64,000 nt of DNA from assembly GCA_036340075.1 (NCBI GenBank), contig JAYYZJ010000008.1, positions 25,836-89,835 of the forward strand. Reading direction: 5' to 3'. A program made the translations under genes and the position numbers. Source of the DNA: Thermodesulfobacteriota bacterium. GTDB taxonomy: Bacteria; Desulfobacterota_D; UBA1144. The notes under the pieces are model-generated. The model was not told where the DNA came from, ran no database searches, and worked only from the letters and a program-made list of their open reading frames with translations. Shown piece after piece: positions 18,211 to 27,350 of this stretch (within the stretch, counting starts at the first letter, position 1; each line of letters starts with the position of its first letter).

Positions 18211-18957
18211 ATTTTCAAATATTTAGATTTTGAATCAATTCAAAATAATTATGAACAGCAAGAGAATATCGAATTATTTCCTGAATCTCTTAACAATGAA
18301 AATTGTTTTTCTAGACATTTATTAATAAACAAATATCTATTTACAAAAAAAACAAAATATTTATTTTGGGCTATTGAATATGACTCGAACTCTCTTATGG
18401 ACCCGTTTGTTGTTGAAAGTGTTAATTGGTGGAAGGAAATATCTCAGACATCTAAGAGTAATTCTACCAAAACGATAGCGCTTGTAATGTTACAAAATAT
18501 CGGAATTGCTTTATCAAATTCGCGTGACACAACAAAAGATTATCATTATGACACTGGTTTTGTTCATAGCTACAAAAATCCAGAAAACCCAATTATTACT
18601 TTTGAAGTTCATCCACCTAGAAGATGTTTTAGATTGATAGAAAATTTTGAAAACATAATTAAAGAGATTGGAATAATGCAAACAAAAGAAAAAGATATGG
18701 AATCACAAATTAAAAATAAGTACAAAATAAAAGATATTAATATAAACTTTTCTAATCCATTATTGATCGCTGCCCAAATTATTTCTCAAGTTCATAATGG
18801 AATTAAAAAAAATCTCAATGAAAAAAATGAATTATATTTGTCTCCACCATTAGCAGAAGAAATCTACTCAGACGCATTAAGATTTACAAAGAATTTGAAT
18901 TATATAGTCGATACTTTTCAGGAGGTTGATTACTGGGATCCTGACAAGAAGAGGTAA
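18211..18957 (+). CDS. Hypothetical protein; probable ATT start at 18211 (first ATG at 18397)
   Basis: The frame is open from 18199. AGAGGT SD at 18201-18206 precedes the in-frame ATT. Confidence 0.6.
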   Translation: MFKYLDFESIQNNYEQQENIELFPESLNNENCFSRHLLINKYLFTKKTKYLFWAIEYDSNSLMDPFVVESVNWWKEISQTSKSNSTKTIALVMLQNIGIALSNSRDTTKDYHYDTGFVHSYKNPENPIITFEVHPPRRCFRLIENFENIIKEIGIMQTKEKDMESQIKNKYKIKDININFSNPLLIAAQIISQVHNGIKKNLNEKNELYLSPPLAEEIYSDALRFTKNLNYIVDTFQEVDYWDPDKKR

Positions 18958-19514
18958 ACACTTTTCTTGAATTTGTCGATTCCAAAATATATTCCAGTGC
19001 TAATCAAAAATAGCAGCACTCTTCTACTTATTCGTAGAGAAGTAAAGTAAGTTACAAAGAATATATACTGACAGGCAAACATCCATACCATTAATACGAG
19101 AAGCGTAGAATAATAAAAAACTTTGTAGGAAGTTGGATTTGAAACGGGGTCGTTCCAGTTAGTTGAAACAGATAAAAGTATTATTATCACTGATCCAATA
19201 ATTACAGGAGATAGGGTATAGCTATATCCTTTAAATATTGCACCAAATGTACATTGTCTGGCGGAGCATCCAACAACTCTAGATATTAGAGCGACTACAA
19301 AGCAGGTTAATATGATTTCAAAAAAATAAAAAATAAAACTAAAATTACTTAAAGCGTATTTCGAATCAAAACAGTAATAAGCAATATCATCAAGAAATGT
19401 TGCCAACAGGACTATAAGTAAAGCCCTTTTTCCGGGTATATAATGTCTATTGAGCGAAGCTGCCATATAGACTTTATTAGAAAAAAAGAAAGATGCAAGC
19501 AAATTTAAAAACAT
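18930..19514 (-). CDS. Hypothetical multi-pass membrane protein (possibly Yip1-like)
   Basis: About 5 hydrophobic segments and a YSYTLSP motif. Confidence 0.6.
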   Translation of the reverse strand: MFLNLLASFFFSNKVYMAASLNRHYIPGKRALLIVLLATFLDDIAYYCFDSKYALSNFSFIFYFFEIILTCFVVALISRVVGCSARQCTFGAIFKGYSYTLSPVIIGSVIIILLSVSTNWNDPVSNPTSYKVFYYSTLLVLMVWMFACQYIFFVTYFTSLRISRRVLLFLISTGIYFGIDKFKKSVYLFLSGSQ

Positions 19515-19702
19515 AATACTAATATTATTTAAAGCTTTTGCGCTAAAATATCCCCTTCACAAAATTTTAACATAATATTAGAATGAAAATCCTCATTTAT
19601 TTCGATATCTTGTATTTAGATATAAATATTGTAATATCACATCAAACTGGTTGTTCCATACTATTCTTATGGATTTGAATTGAAAAGGAGCCACACGCAC
19701 TA

Positions 19703-20677
19703 ATGATTACAGCTGAAAATGAGAAAAAAGTTAAGCTTAAAAAGCAGATTACACAAATCTTAGGATGGGTGATAAGTGCAGTAGCCCTATATTTCGTATA
19801 TCACTATGTAGTTCAAATAGATTTAGAAGCAGCAAAGGCAAAATTAAATATTTATTGGATTCCTTTTGTACTTGTTTTTATAGCAATTTATGTCTGTTTA
19901 ATGTCTTTTCTTGCAAACGGATGGAGGTACGTACTAGAGCTATTACATGGATCCCCATTGCCAAAATGGAGATTTATTGGCATTTACACTAAAACTCAAA
20001 TTTACAAATATATTCCGTCAAACTTAATGCATGTTATTGCTAGAATATATTTTGCAACAAAGTTAGGACCTTCGAAAAGAAATGTGGTGCAGAGCTATTT
20101 CTTAGAAATTGTATTTATGGTATTAATTGGATTGTTAATTGTTGGCACCTGTACTTACGCTGGTGTTTTTTCTGTATCTGATGAATTAATAGTAAAAATT
20201 AAAGAGTTCTCAGGTGGGAAGCTCAAAGGTTTTTCTTTAGGAATTTTAGGTTTTGGAGCAATTGCAATAGGGTTTTATTTATATAAAGCTTTTAGAAATT
20301 TTGATACTTCTTTTAGTTCTGAGAATTTATTAAAAATTGGAAAACTTATCTTATTGCTCCTTGGTTTTTTTGCTGGTATGGGACTAGTAGAATATATAGT
20401 TTTTGCAAACTTACTAGGAATGGATGTGGGATACTTTTATATCCTTGCACTTTTTACTATTACATGGTTGGGAATGTTTATAATTCCTGGGGCTCCAGGC
20501 GGAATAGGAATTAGAGAATTCATAGTTATAACCTTGCTCGCTCCAATTTATGGACCTGATGATCCAACTATAGGAATACTAGTATTTCGAGTTGTTACGG
20601 TTGTAGGAGATGCATTACTACTTCCTATTGGTAACATTTTTCTGCCTGAAGATATTTCTGAGGCAAAAGAAGTATAA
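19703..20677 (+). CDS. Lysylphosphatidylglycerol-synthase-TM / flippase-like (UPF0104) membrane protein
   Basis: KYIPSN and PGAPGGIGIRE motifs, many TM helices, AGGAG RBS. Confidence 0.8.
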   Translation: MITAENEKKVKLKKQITQILGWVISAVALYFVYHYVVQIDLEAAKAKLNIYWIPFVLVFIAIYVCLMSFLANGWRYVLELLHGSPLPKWRFIGIYTKTQIYKYIPSNLMHVIARIYFATKLGPSKRNVVQSYFLEIVFMVLIGLLIVGTCTYAGVFSVSDELIVKIKEFSGGKLKGFSLGILGFGAIAIGFYLYKAFRNFDTSFSSENLLKIGKLILLLLGFFAGMGLVEYIVFANLLGMDVGYFYILALFTITWLGMFIIPGAPGGIGIREFIVITLLAPIYGPDDPTIGILVFRVVTVVGDALLLPIGNIFLPEDISEAKEV

Positions 20678-20681
20678 ATAT

Positions 20682-20709
20682 TTGACTTTTTTTCAAGATA
20701 GATTATATT
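20682..20709 (+). promoter_or_regulatory. Sigma70-like promoter with no downstream CDS on this strand
   Basis: TTGACT, 16 nt, TATATT. It points into the structured element at 20715-20793. Confidence 0.45.
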
Positions 20710-20714
20710 AATGG

Positions 20715-20793
20715 CAGTAGGTTGAGTTAGAGACAAAGTGTTTGTCTCACGAAGAAAGCTAAGAGATTAGCACTAAAACTCAATCTTTTTTTT
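20715..20793 (+). ncRNA. Candidate structured small RNA (three-way junction plus U tail)
   Basis: P1 20719-20728/20777-20786; P2 20730-20737/20741-20748; P3 20758-20762/20767-20771 with a GAGA tetraloop; then a T8 run. Confidence 0.45.
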
Positions 20794-20805
20794 CGCCTTT
20801 TTTCC

Positions 20806-21405
20806 TTAAACATTATGTAGACCACATTCACGTTTCTCATCAACTTTTGTTGGATCAAAATAATCGTATTCATTTACTAGATTGTTTTCCTTCATATATT
20901 GATCTAAATCTTTATCTGACCAATTATAAAATGGACTTAGTTTTAATAATCCCTCCTCCGTTTTACTTAGGATATCTATAGAATCCCTAAAACTAGTTTG
21001 ACCTTTTCTTAAATTAGTAATCCACAAATCAGGCTTAATTTCAGACATGGCTCTTTTAAAGGGTTCCAATTTAACTTGTTCAGTAAAGATTTCGTGCAAT
21101 GGATTTTCAATTCCTGGTATTTCTCCTACAAATTTTTCTTTAGGTTTGTATATATTTATATTTAATTTTAATTCGGAAATTATTTTTTCAGCATATTCAT
21201 AAGTTGCTTTTGTATTGTACCCAGTATCGCACCATATTACTTTTAGATCCTCTTTGATTTGAACACATAAATGCAATATCACTATTTCATATGGTCGAAA
21301 ATTAGTAGTGAGTATCGGATTTGCGGAATCTTTTAAACCCCATTCTACTATCTCAGAGGGGGATTTTTTTTCAAGGCTTTGATTTAAAGAGTCTATTTCT
21401 ATCAT
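20806..21405 (-). CDS. cysH: (P)APS reductase family protein without Fe-S motif
   Basis: WCDTGY, KLEPF, KLSPFYNWS and C-terminal RECGLH. No CC or CxxC motif. Confidence 0.9.
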   Translation of the reverse strand: MIEIDSLNQSLEKKSPSEIVEWGLKDSANPILTTNFRPYEIVILHLCVQIKEDLKVIWCDTGYNTKATYEYAEKIISELKLNINIYKPKEKFVGEIPGIENPLHEIFTEQVKLEPFKRAMSEIKPDLWITNLRKGQTSFRDSIDILSKTEEGLLKLSPFYNWSDKDLDQYMKENNLVNEYDYFDPTKVDEKRECGLHNV

Positions 21406-21423
21406 TTTGTTTTTATTTTAAGT

Positions 21424-22398
21424 CTACCTTAATAATGAATTAGCTATTATATAAGATAATACAACACAACCTATTGGAGCCACAATCCAGAAGCTTAAAA
21501 TGTTGGAAACACTAGTATTTTTAAGAGTTCTTGAAAAACCGGTGCTAGCACAAGAAAATCCAATAATCCCAGCTGTAACTATTTCGGCCAATGATATAGG
21601 TATTCCATAAAAAGATGCAAGGCAAAGCAACAATCCACCAGTTAAATGAACTGAAATCGCTCTAATTAAACAGATATCAGTTATTTCTTTAGCAACTGTT
21701 TCAAGAATTCTCCCTCCAAAAAAGAATGCACCGAGTGCCATAAAAAGGCCAGCGAGCAAAGCACCGTCTTTAGCATTAATTAAATCAATTGCAACAATTG
21801 GACCGGCAGCATTTGCCGAATTATTTGATCCAGCAAAGAATGCGATAAAACAACCAGACGTTATTAGCGAAAATTTTAAAATTTTATTAATCTTCTCTTC
21901 ATTCTTATGTGAAGCAAGATAATTAATAATTTTTATATATAAATGTTTGCCGATTAAGTAATTGGTTAGCCAGAGTATTGCAGGAGTAAGAATCCACCAA
22001 ATTACAATTTCTACTACTTTCTGTGAATTAATTTCTTTTAAAGCTAAACCTATCCCCATAATGGTACAAACAACAATATGAGTTGTTGCAATAGGTATCT
22101 TCAATATATTGGCAATTAATATTGACAATACCGGTAGACCTAGAATTAGAAAGATAAATTTTGTCCCGAATTCATGAGTTGATAAATCGACCGAGACTAT
22201 CTCTTTTCCTACAGTATGAACTACTTTTTCTCCACCAAATGCAGCTCCTAAAAAAACAAAAACAAATATTAATGATACAGATGCAAGCTTTGATAACGAA
22301 TTAGATCCGTAAGCAGTTGCCATTGATGCTCCTGCGTTATTGGCTCCAATATTAAAAGAAAGAGCGAGAGCAAGCAGAGATATTATAAAAGTTTCCAT
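21424..22398 (-). CDS. cysP: PiT-family anion permease, probable CysP-type sulfate permease
   Basis: GANNAGASM and GSNNSANA PiT repeats. Located within the sulfate assimilation cluster. Confidence 0.75.
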   Translation of the reverse strand: METFIISLLALALSFNIGANNAGASMATAYGSNSLSKLASVSLIFVFVFLGAAFGGEKVVHTVGKEIVSVDLSTHEFGTKFIFLILGLPVLSILIANILKIPIATTHIVVCTIMGIGLALKEINSQKVVEIVIWWILTPAILWLTNYLIGKHLYIKIINYLASHKNEEKINKILKFSLITSGCFIAFFAGSNNSANAAGPIVAIDLINAKDGALLAGLFMALGAFFFGGRILETVAKEITDICLIRAISVHLTGGLLLCLASFYGIPISLAEIVTAGIIGFSCASTGFSRTLKNTSVSNILSFWIVAPIGCVVLSYIIANSLLR

Positions 22399-22589
22399 AA
22401 TTAATCAAAAGGAAAATATACATCTTTTAGATTATTTTTAAATAAAAATAAGAAAATTTATTCAGATTTACTTGAAAATTAATCAAATCTCATGTTTTCT
22501 TATATATAAATAGCTTAAGAACCCTAAAAATCTCATTTTTTGAGTTTTTACTGGGTTTTTATAAAAAATTTAATTTAGGATTTTATTAT

Positions 22590-24296
22590 ATGTCAGAATC
22601 AAAAGAAGTTAAAAAAGTACGAAACGAATTCATTAAAGAAGAGAGCGATGGCCTTCGAGGTTCGATTCATGAAGAAATACAAGATAAAACAACTGATAAG
22701 TTCAATAAAGATAATATTCAGGTCTTAAAATTCCACGGTATATATCAACAAGAAGATAGAGATAGAAGAAAAGAGCTAAAGGAGCAAGGCTTAGATCGAG
22801 AATATAGTTTCATGATAAGGACAAAAAATCCAGGCGGAGGAAATATTACACCAAAGCAGTGGGAAATATTAAATAGAATTAGTGATGAATGGGCAAATAA
22901 AACTTTAAGAATTACTACAAGAGAGTGTTTTCAATTTCATGGAGTTGGAAAAACAAATTTATGGAATACTTTGAATTTCTTAAATTCAAATCTAATTTCA
23001 AGCTACGGAGCATGTGGAGATATAGTAAGAAATACAGTAGCTTCCCCTATTGCGGATATAAGGCAAGATTTTACTTATGATGCACAATCTATGGCTGTAG
23101 AAATCGACAAAGCCACGCTGGCTAAATCCAAAGGTTATTATGAGATTTGGGTAGATGGAGAAAAAGTTACAACAAAATTAAATAGAGAAAAAATTGAGAA
23201 TGATGATTTGTATGGTGAAACATATCTTCCAAGAAAGTTCAAAATAGGAGTAGGTCACCAATTTGATAATTCAATTGATATTTATACTCAAGATATTGGA
23301 ATAATGCCCGTTTTTAATGGGCAATTGATGGGTTTCAATATCTTGGTTGGTGGAGGATTAGGAAGTCATCACAGACAAAGTCAAACTTTCCCCAGATTAG
23401 CAGATGAATTAGGAATGTGTAATGAAGAAGATGTTGTTAAAGTTGTAAGACAGATTGTAGAGATTCAAAGAGATTATGGCTGTAGGACTAATAGAAAGAG
23501 AGCAAGAATGAAATATTTGCTGGATGAATGGGGAGTTGAAAAATTCAGAGGCGAACTTGAATCTAGACTTGGTTTTAAATTATCCGATTATCACAAAGTA
23601 AAGATCAATTCCATTGATGATTACTATGGTTGGCACGAACAAAAAGACAAAGGAAAATTTTTCTGTGGTATTTTTGTAGAAAATGGAAGAATTAAAGATA
23701 AAGATTCTGTTTTACTAAAGACAGGTTTAGCAAGAATTATTTCCCATTTTAATATAGAATCACGCTTAACGGCTACTCAAGATTTAATTCTTGTAAATAT
23801 AAATGAGCCAGACATAGAAAAAATTAATCAAATGTTTGATGAGTTTAATATAGACATTCATAAGAGTTTTTCTATAATGAGAAAAGCTTCAATGGCATGT
23901 CCTGCATTACCAACATGTAGCTTAGCCATGGCTGAATCTGAAAGATACTTGCCTACATTGATGGATGATTTAGAAAAAAGGGGATATGGAAACGAAAGAA
24001 TAAAGATTCGTATGAGCGGATGCCCTAATTCATGTTCTCGTCCTCCAGTATCAGAAATTGGATTAATTGGAGCAACAACAGGAAAATACAATATTTACTT
24101 GGGCGGAGATTTTTATGGTACGAGATTAAATCGTCTATTCTTAGAGTTAGTTGAAGATTCTGAATTAGCAAATACTATTTCAAAATTAATTGATTTTTGG
24201 AAAGAAAACAAAAAAGATGAATTAGAAACATTCGGAGACTTCTGTAATGACCAAGACTTTAATAAACTTAAAGAAGTAGTTGGTAGAGATGTCTAA
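22590..24296 (+). CDS. cysI: Assimilatory sulfite reductase, siroheme/4Fe-4S subunit
   Basis: KFHGIYQQEDRD, YLPRKFKI, ACPALPTC and SGCPNSC siroheme/Fe-S ligands. Confidence 0.95.
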   Translation: MSESKEVKKVRNEFIKEESDGLRGSIHEEIQDKTTDKFNKDNIQVLKFHGIYQQEDRDRRKELKEQGLDREYSFMIRTKNPGGGNITPKQWEILNRISDEWANKTLRITTRECFQFHGVGKTNLWNTLNFLNSNLISSYGACGDIVRNTVASPIADIRQDFTYDAQSMAVEIDKATLAKSKGYYEIWVDGEKVTTKLNREKIENDDLYGETYLPRKFKIGVGHQFDNSIDIYTQDIGIMPVFNGQLMGFNILVGGGLGSHHRQSQTFPRLADELGMCNEEDVVKVVRQIVEIQRDYGCRTNRKRARMKYLLDEWGVEKFRGELESRLGFKLSDYHKVKINSIDDYYGWHEQKDKGKFFCGIFVENGRIKDKDSVLLKTGLARIISHFNIESRLTATQDLILVNINEPDIEKINQMFDEFNIDIHKSFSIMRKASMACPALPTCSLAMAESERYLPTLMDDLEKRGYGNERIKIRMSGCPNSCSRPPVSEIGLIGATTGKYNIYLGGDFYGTRLNRLFLELVEDSELANTISKLIDFWKENKKDELETFGDFCNDQDFNKLKEVVGRDV

Positions 24297-25176
24297 AACA
24301 AAATCTTTAAAAGAACTAGAAAATGAATCAATTTTTATTTTACGAGAAGTTGTTGCGGAATTTAACAATCCTGTAATGCTTTATTCTGTAGGTAAAGATT
24401 CTAGCGTAATGCTACATTTAGCACAAAAAGCATTTTATCCTTCAAAAATCCCTTTTCCATTATTACATATTGATACTGGTTACAAATTTAGAGAGATGTA
24501 TGAATTTAGAGATACTTTTACAAAAGAAATTGGAGCCGAATTGCTCGTTTATAGGAACGAAGAAGCAATTTCAAATGGAGCACATCCTGACAAGCTTGGA
24601 GTTGCTAAATGCTGTGGAGCATTAAAAACCAAAGCTTTGTTGGATGCTCTAGACAAATACAGTTTTGATGCTGCTATTGGAGGAGCTCGAAGAGACGAAG
24701 AAAGATCAAGAGCAAAGGAGCGAGTGTTCTCTTTCAGAGATTCTTTTGGACAGTGGAACCCTAAAACTCAGAGACCAGAGCTATGGAGTATATTTAATGC
24801 AAATATAGATGAAGGAGAGTCGGTTAGAGTTTTTCCTTTATCCAGTTGGACCGAGGCTGATATTTGGAACTACATAAAAGAAGAAGGAATAAAGATAGTC
24901 CCACTTTATTTTTCAAAAAAACGAAAAGTTATTAGGAGCGGAAAAAATTTAATTCCAATCTCGGATTCTGACAACAATAAGGAAGCCGAAGAGATGTTGA
25001 CAAGATTTAGATCACTAGGGTGTTCGCCATGCACAGGTGCAATTCAGTCAGATGCTAGTAATATTGAAATGATAGTTCAAGAAGCTGTTTCAGCAACTAG
25101 AAGCGAAAGAGAAAACAGAATAATAGATCATGGTACAAACACTATGGAAGACAAGAAAAAAGAAGGATATTTCTAA
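24289..25176 (+). CDS. cysD: Sulfate adenylyltransferase subunit 2
   Basis: YSVGKDSSV, HIDTGYKF, GGARRDEERSRAKER, QRPELW, MEDKKKEGYF. ATG at 24289 overlaps the cysI end. Confidence 0.95.
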   Translation: MSKTKSLKELENESIFILREVVAEFNNPVMLYSVGKDSSVMLHLAQKAFYPSKIPFPLLHIDTGYKFREMYEFRDTFTKEIGAELLVYRNEEAISNGAHPDKLGVAKCCGALKTKALLDALDKYSFDAAIGGARRDEERSRAKERVFSFRDSFGQWNPKTQRPELWSIFNANIDEGESVRVFPLSSWTEADIWNYIKEEGIKIVPLYFSKKRKVIRSGKNLIPISDSDNNKEAEEMLTRFRSLGCSPCTGAIQSDASNIEMIVQEAVSATRSERENRIIDHGTNTMEDKKKEGYF

Positions 25177-26429
25177 TGTCCGACTCTATTGATATATTAA
25201 GATTTGCCACTGCAGGAAGCGTTGATGATGGTAAGTCAACCTTGATTGGTAGATTACTGTTTGATACAAAAGGAGTTTTTACAGACCAACTCGAAGCCCT
25301 AGAGGGAACATCTTATTCGGAAGAGCAAAAAGGTATTGATTTAGCTCTTATTACAGACGGGCTAAAGGCAGAACGAGAACAAGGTATAACAATCGATGTA
25401 GCTTACAGATATTTCTCTACTCCAAAAAGAAAATTTATTATTGCTGATACCCCTGGGCACGTACAATATACAAGAAATATGTTTACTGGAGCAAGCAATT
25501 CTGATCTTGCAATAATATTGATTGATTCAAGGAATGGAGTTCAACAACAGTCTAAAAGACATTTGTATATTAGCTGGTTATTAGGGATTAAGAATATTAT
25601 TGTAGCAATCAATAAGATGGATTTGATTGATTACGACAAAAAGAGATTTGATTATTTATCAAAAGATTTTTTAAGCATAACTAAGAATTTAAGTATCCCA
25701 CATATTGATTTTGTGCCTATTTCTGCACTAAAAGGGGACATGATTGTATCCAGAGGTGAAAATATGAAATGGTACAAAGGCCCAACGCTAATTGAGATTT
25801 TAGAGACAGTTGAAATAAATTATTTAGATAAAAAAGATTCTTCGAGATTTCCGGTGCAATTAGTAAATAGAGTTAATGATGAAACTACTAAGGATTTCAG
25901 AGGATATATGGGAACATTAATGTCAGGAACTCTTGCTGTGGGAGATTCAATAAAGATTTTACCTTCAAACAGAGAAACAAAAATAAAAGAAATAATATTA
26001 TCATCTATGAATGTCGATACAATTTCCTCAGATGATTCTGCAACTATTGTTCTGGATGAAGAGATCGATATATCAAGAGGAGATATGTTTTCCTCTATAG
26101 AAGACCAGCCCGAAGTTTCAAATACAATTTCAGCTAGAATATGTTGGATGGATGAACAAAAACTTAATCTAAAAAATAAATATTTATTGAAGCATTGTAA
26201 TAAAATTTCTAAAGCTTTAATTAAAGAAATATTATACAAAGTTGACATGGAAACACTTAATCACGTATCTGCAGATTCAGTGTTAGAAATGAATGATATA
26301 GCCCAGGTTGAAATAATGCTCCAAAATCAGATAGCATTTGATTCATACAAAAGAAATAAAAAAACTGGATCATTCATCATAATAGATTCTGAATCAAATA
26401 ATACAGTTGCAGCGGGAACAATTCTTTAA
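25176..26429 (+). CDS. cysN: Sulfate adenylyltransferase subunit 1 (GTPase; no APS-kinase domain)
   Basis: GSVDDGKSTLIGRL, EREQGITIDVAY, DTPGH, NKMD. Ends at TVAAGTIL. Confidence 0.95.
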   Translation: MSDSIDILRFATAGSVDDGKSTLIGRLLFDTKGVFTDQLEALEGTSYSEEQKGIDLALITDGLKAEREQGITIDVAYRYFSTPKRKFIIADTPGHVQYTRNMFTGASNSDLAIILIDSRNGVQQQSKRHLYISWLLGIKNIIVAINKMDLIDYDKKRFDYLSKDFLSITKNLSIPHIDFVPISALKGDMIVSRGENMKWYKGPTLIEILETVEINYLDKKDSSRFPVQLVNRVNDETTKDFRGYMGTLMSGTLAVGDSIKILPSNRETKIKEIILSSMNVDTISSDDSATIVLDEEIDISRGDMFSSIEDQPEVSNTISARICWMDEQKLNLKNKYLLKHCNKISKALIKEILYKVDMETLNHVSADSVLEMNDIAQVEIMLQNQIAFDSYKRNKKTGSFIIIDSESNNTVAAGTIL

Positions 26430-26444
26430 TATTATATCAAACAG

Positions 26445-27350
26445 ATGACTGAATATAAGAATATAGGTTTTTATAAATTTACAAGAATTAAGTCTCCGAA
26501 TTTGGTCAGAGAGAGATTCTATTTGGCTTGTAAAAGATTAAAAATATTAGGAACTCTAATACTATCAGAAGAAGGACTAAATGGAATGCTTGCAGGAGTC
26601 ACTGGCTCAATTGATAAGATATTACCAATGATTTATGAACTAGGAGTTGAGGTTGATGATATTAAGATTTCGTTCTCCGAGATTAAGCCATTTAATAGGT
26701 TACGCATTAAGATTAAAGAAGAAATTATAAGTTTGGGAAATGCAGAAAAGTCGAATCCTAATAATGAAGTCGGAGTATATGTTGACCCAATAGATTGGAA
26801 TGAAATAATAATGAAGAAAGATGCTGTTGTTATTGATACTAGAAATTACTATGAAACATCTATAGGTACTTTTGAAAAATCTTTAATACCCAACATTAAT
26901 ACTTTTAAAGAATTTCCAGAATTTATTGAAAAATCACAAATTAGCAAAGACAAAGACATAGCAATGTTCTGTACTGGTGGTATTAGATGCGAGAAAGCAA
27001 GTTCTTATATGCTGCAGCTTGGATTTAAGAATGTTTATCATTTAAAGGGAGGAATAATTAAATACTTAGAAGATATTCCAGCCGAAGAATCTAGATGGGA
27101 AGGGGAATGCTTTGTGTTTGACAATAGAGTTGCTATAGAGCATGAATTAAATATTGGTTCTTATGTGATATGTAATGCATGTGGAGAGCCGGTCAATAAA
27201 TCAGAATTCACATCTACTAAATTTAGGAAAGGGATTTCTTGTCCATCCTGTTTTGATTCATTAACAGAAAAACAAATTAAAAAAGCAACAGAGAGACAAA
27301 AGCAAGTTGAATTAGCAAAAGAAAGAGGAAAGATACACATTGGAGAATAA
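26445..27350 (+). CDS. trhO: Rhodanese-domain UPF0176 protein (tRNA U34 hydroxylase TrhO family)
   Basis: FYKF, EGLNG, IDTRNYYE, FCTGGIRCEKAS, WEGECFVFDNR. Confidence 0.9.
   Translation: MTEYKNIGFYKFTRIKSPNLVRERFYLACKRLKILGTLILSEEGLNGMLAGVTGSIDKILPMIYELGVEVDDIKISFSEIKPFNRLRIKIKEEIISLGNAEKSNPNNEVGVYVDPIDWNEIIMKKDAVVIDTRNYYETSIGTFEKSLIPNINTFKEFPEFIEKSQISKDKDIAMFCTGGIRCEKASSYMLQLGFKNVYHLKGGIIKYLEDIPAEESRWEGECFVFDNRVAIEHELNIGSYVICNACGEPVNKSEFTSTKFRKGISCPSCFDSLTEKQIKKATERQKQVELAKERGKIHIGE

Noticed and set aside
19565..19592. dif-like site (minus strand TTATGTTAAA, resembling a XerD arm); a similar arm occurs near 59794-59803
   Set aside because: The partner XerC arm is poor or the spacer length is wrong, and such AT-rich matches are expected by chance.
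20767..20774. TTAGCACT resembling a CIRCE element
   Set aside because: Only one half-site is present, with no GAGTGCTAA partner and no chaperone gene.
20715..20793. Three-way junction considered as a hammerhead ribozyme
   Set aside because: The CUGANGA, GAAA and UH core elements are not in the required positions on either strand.
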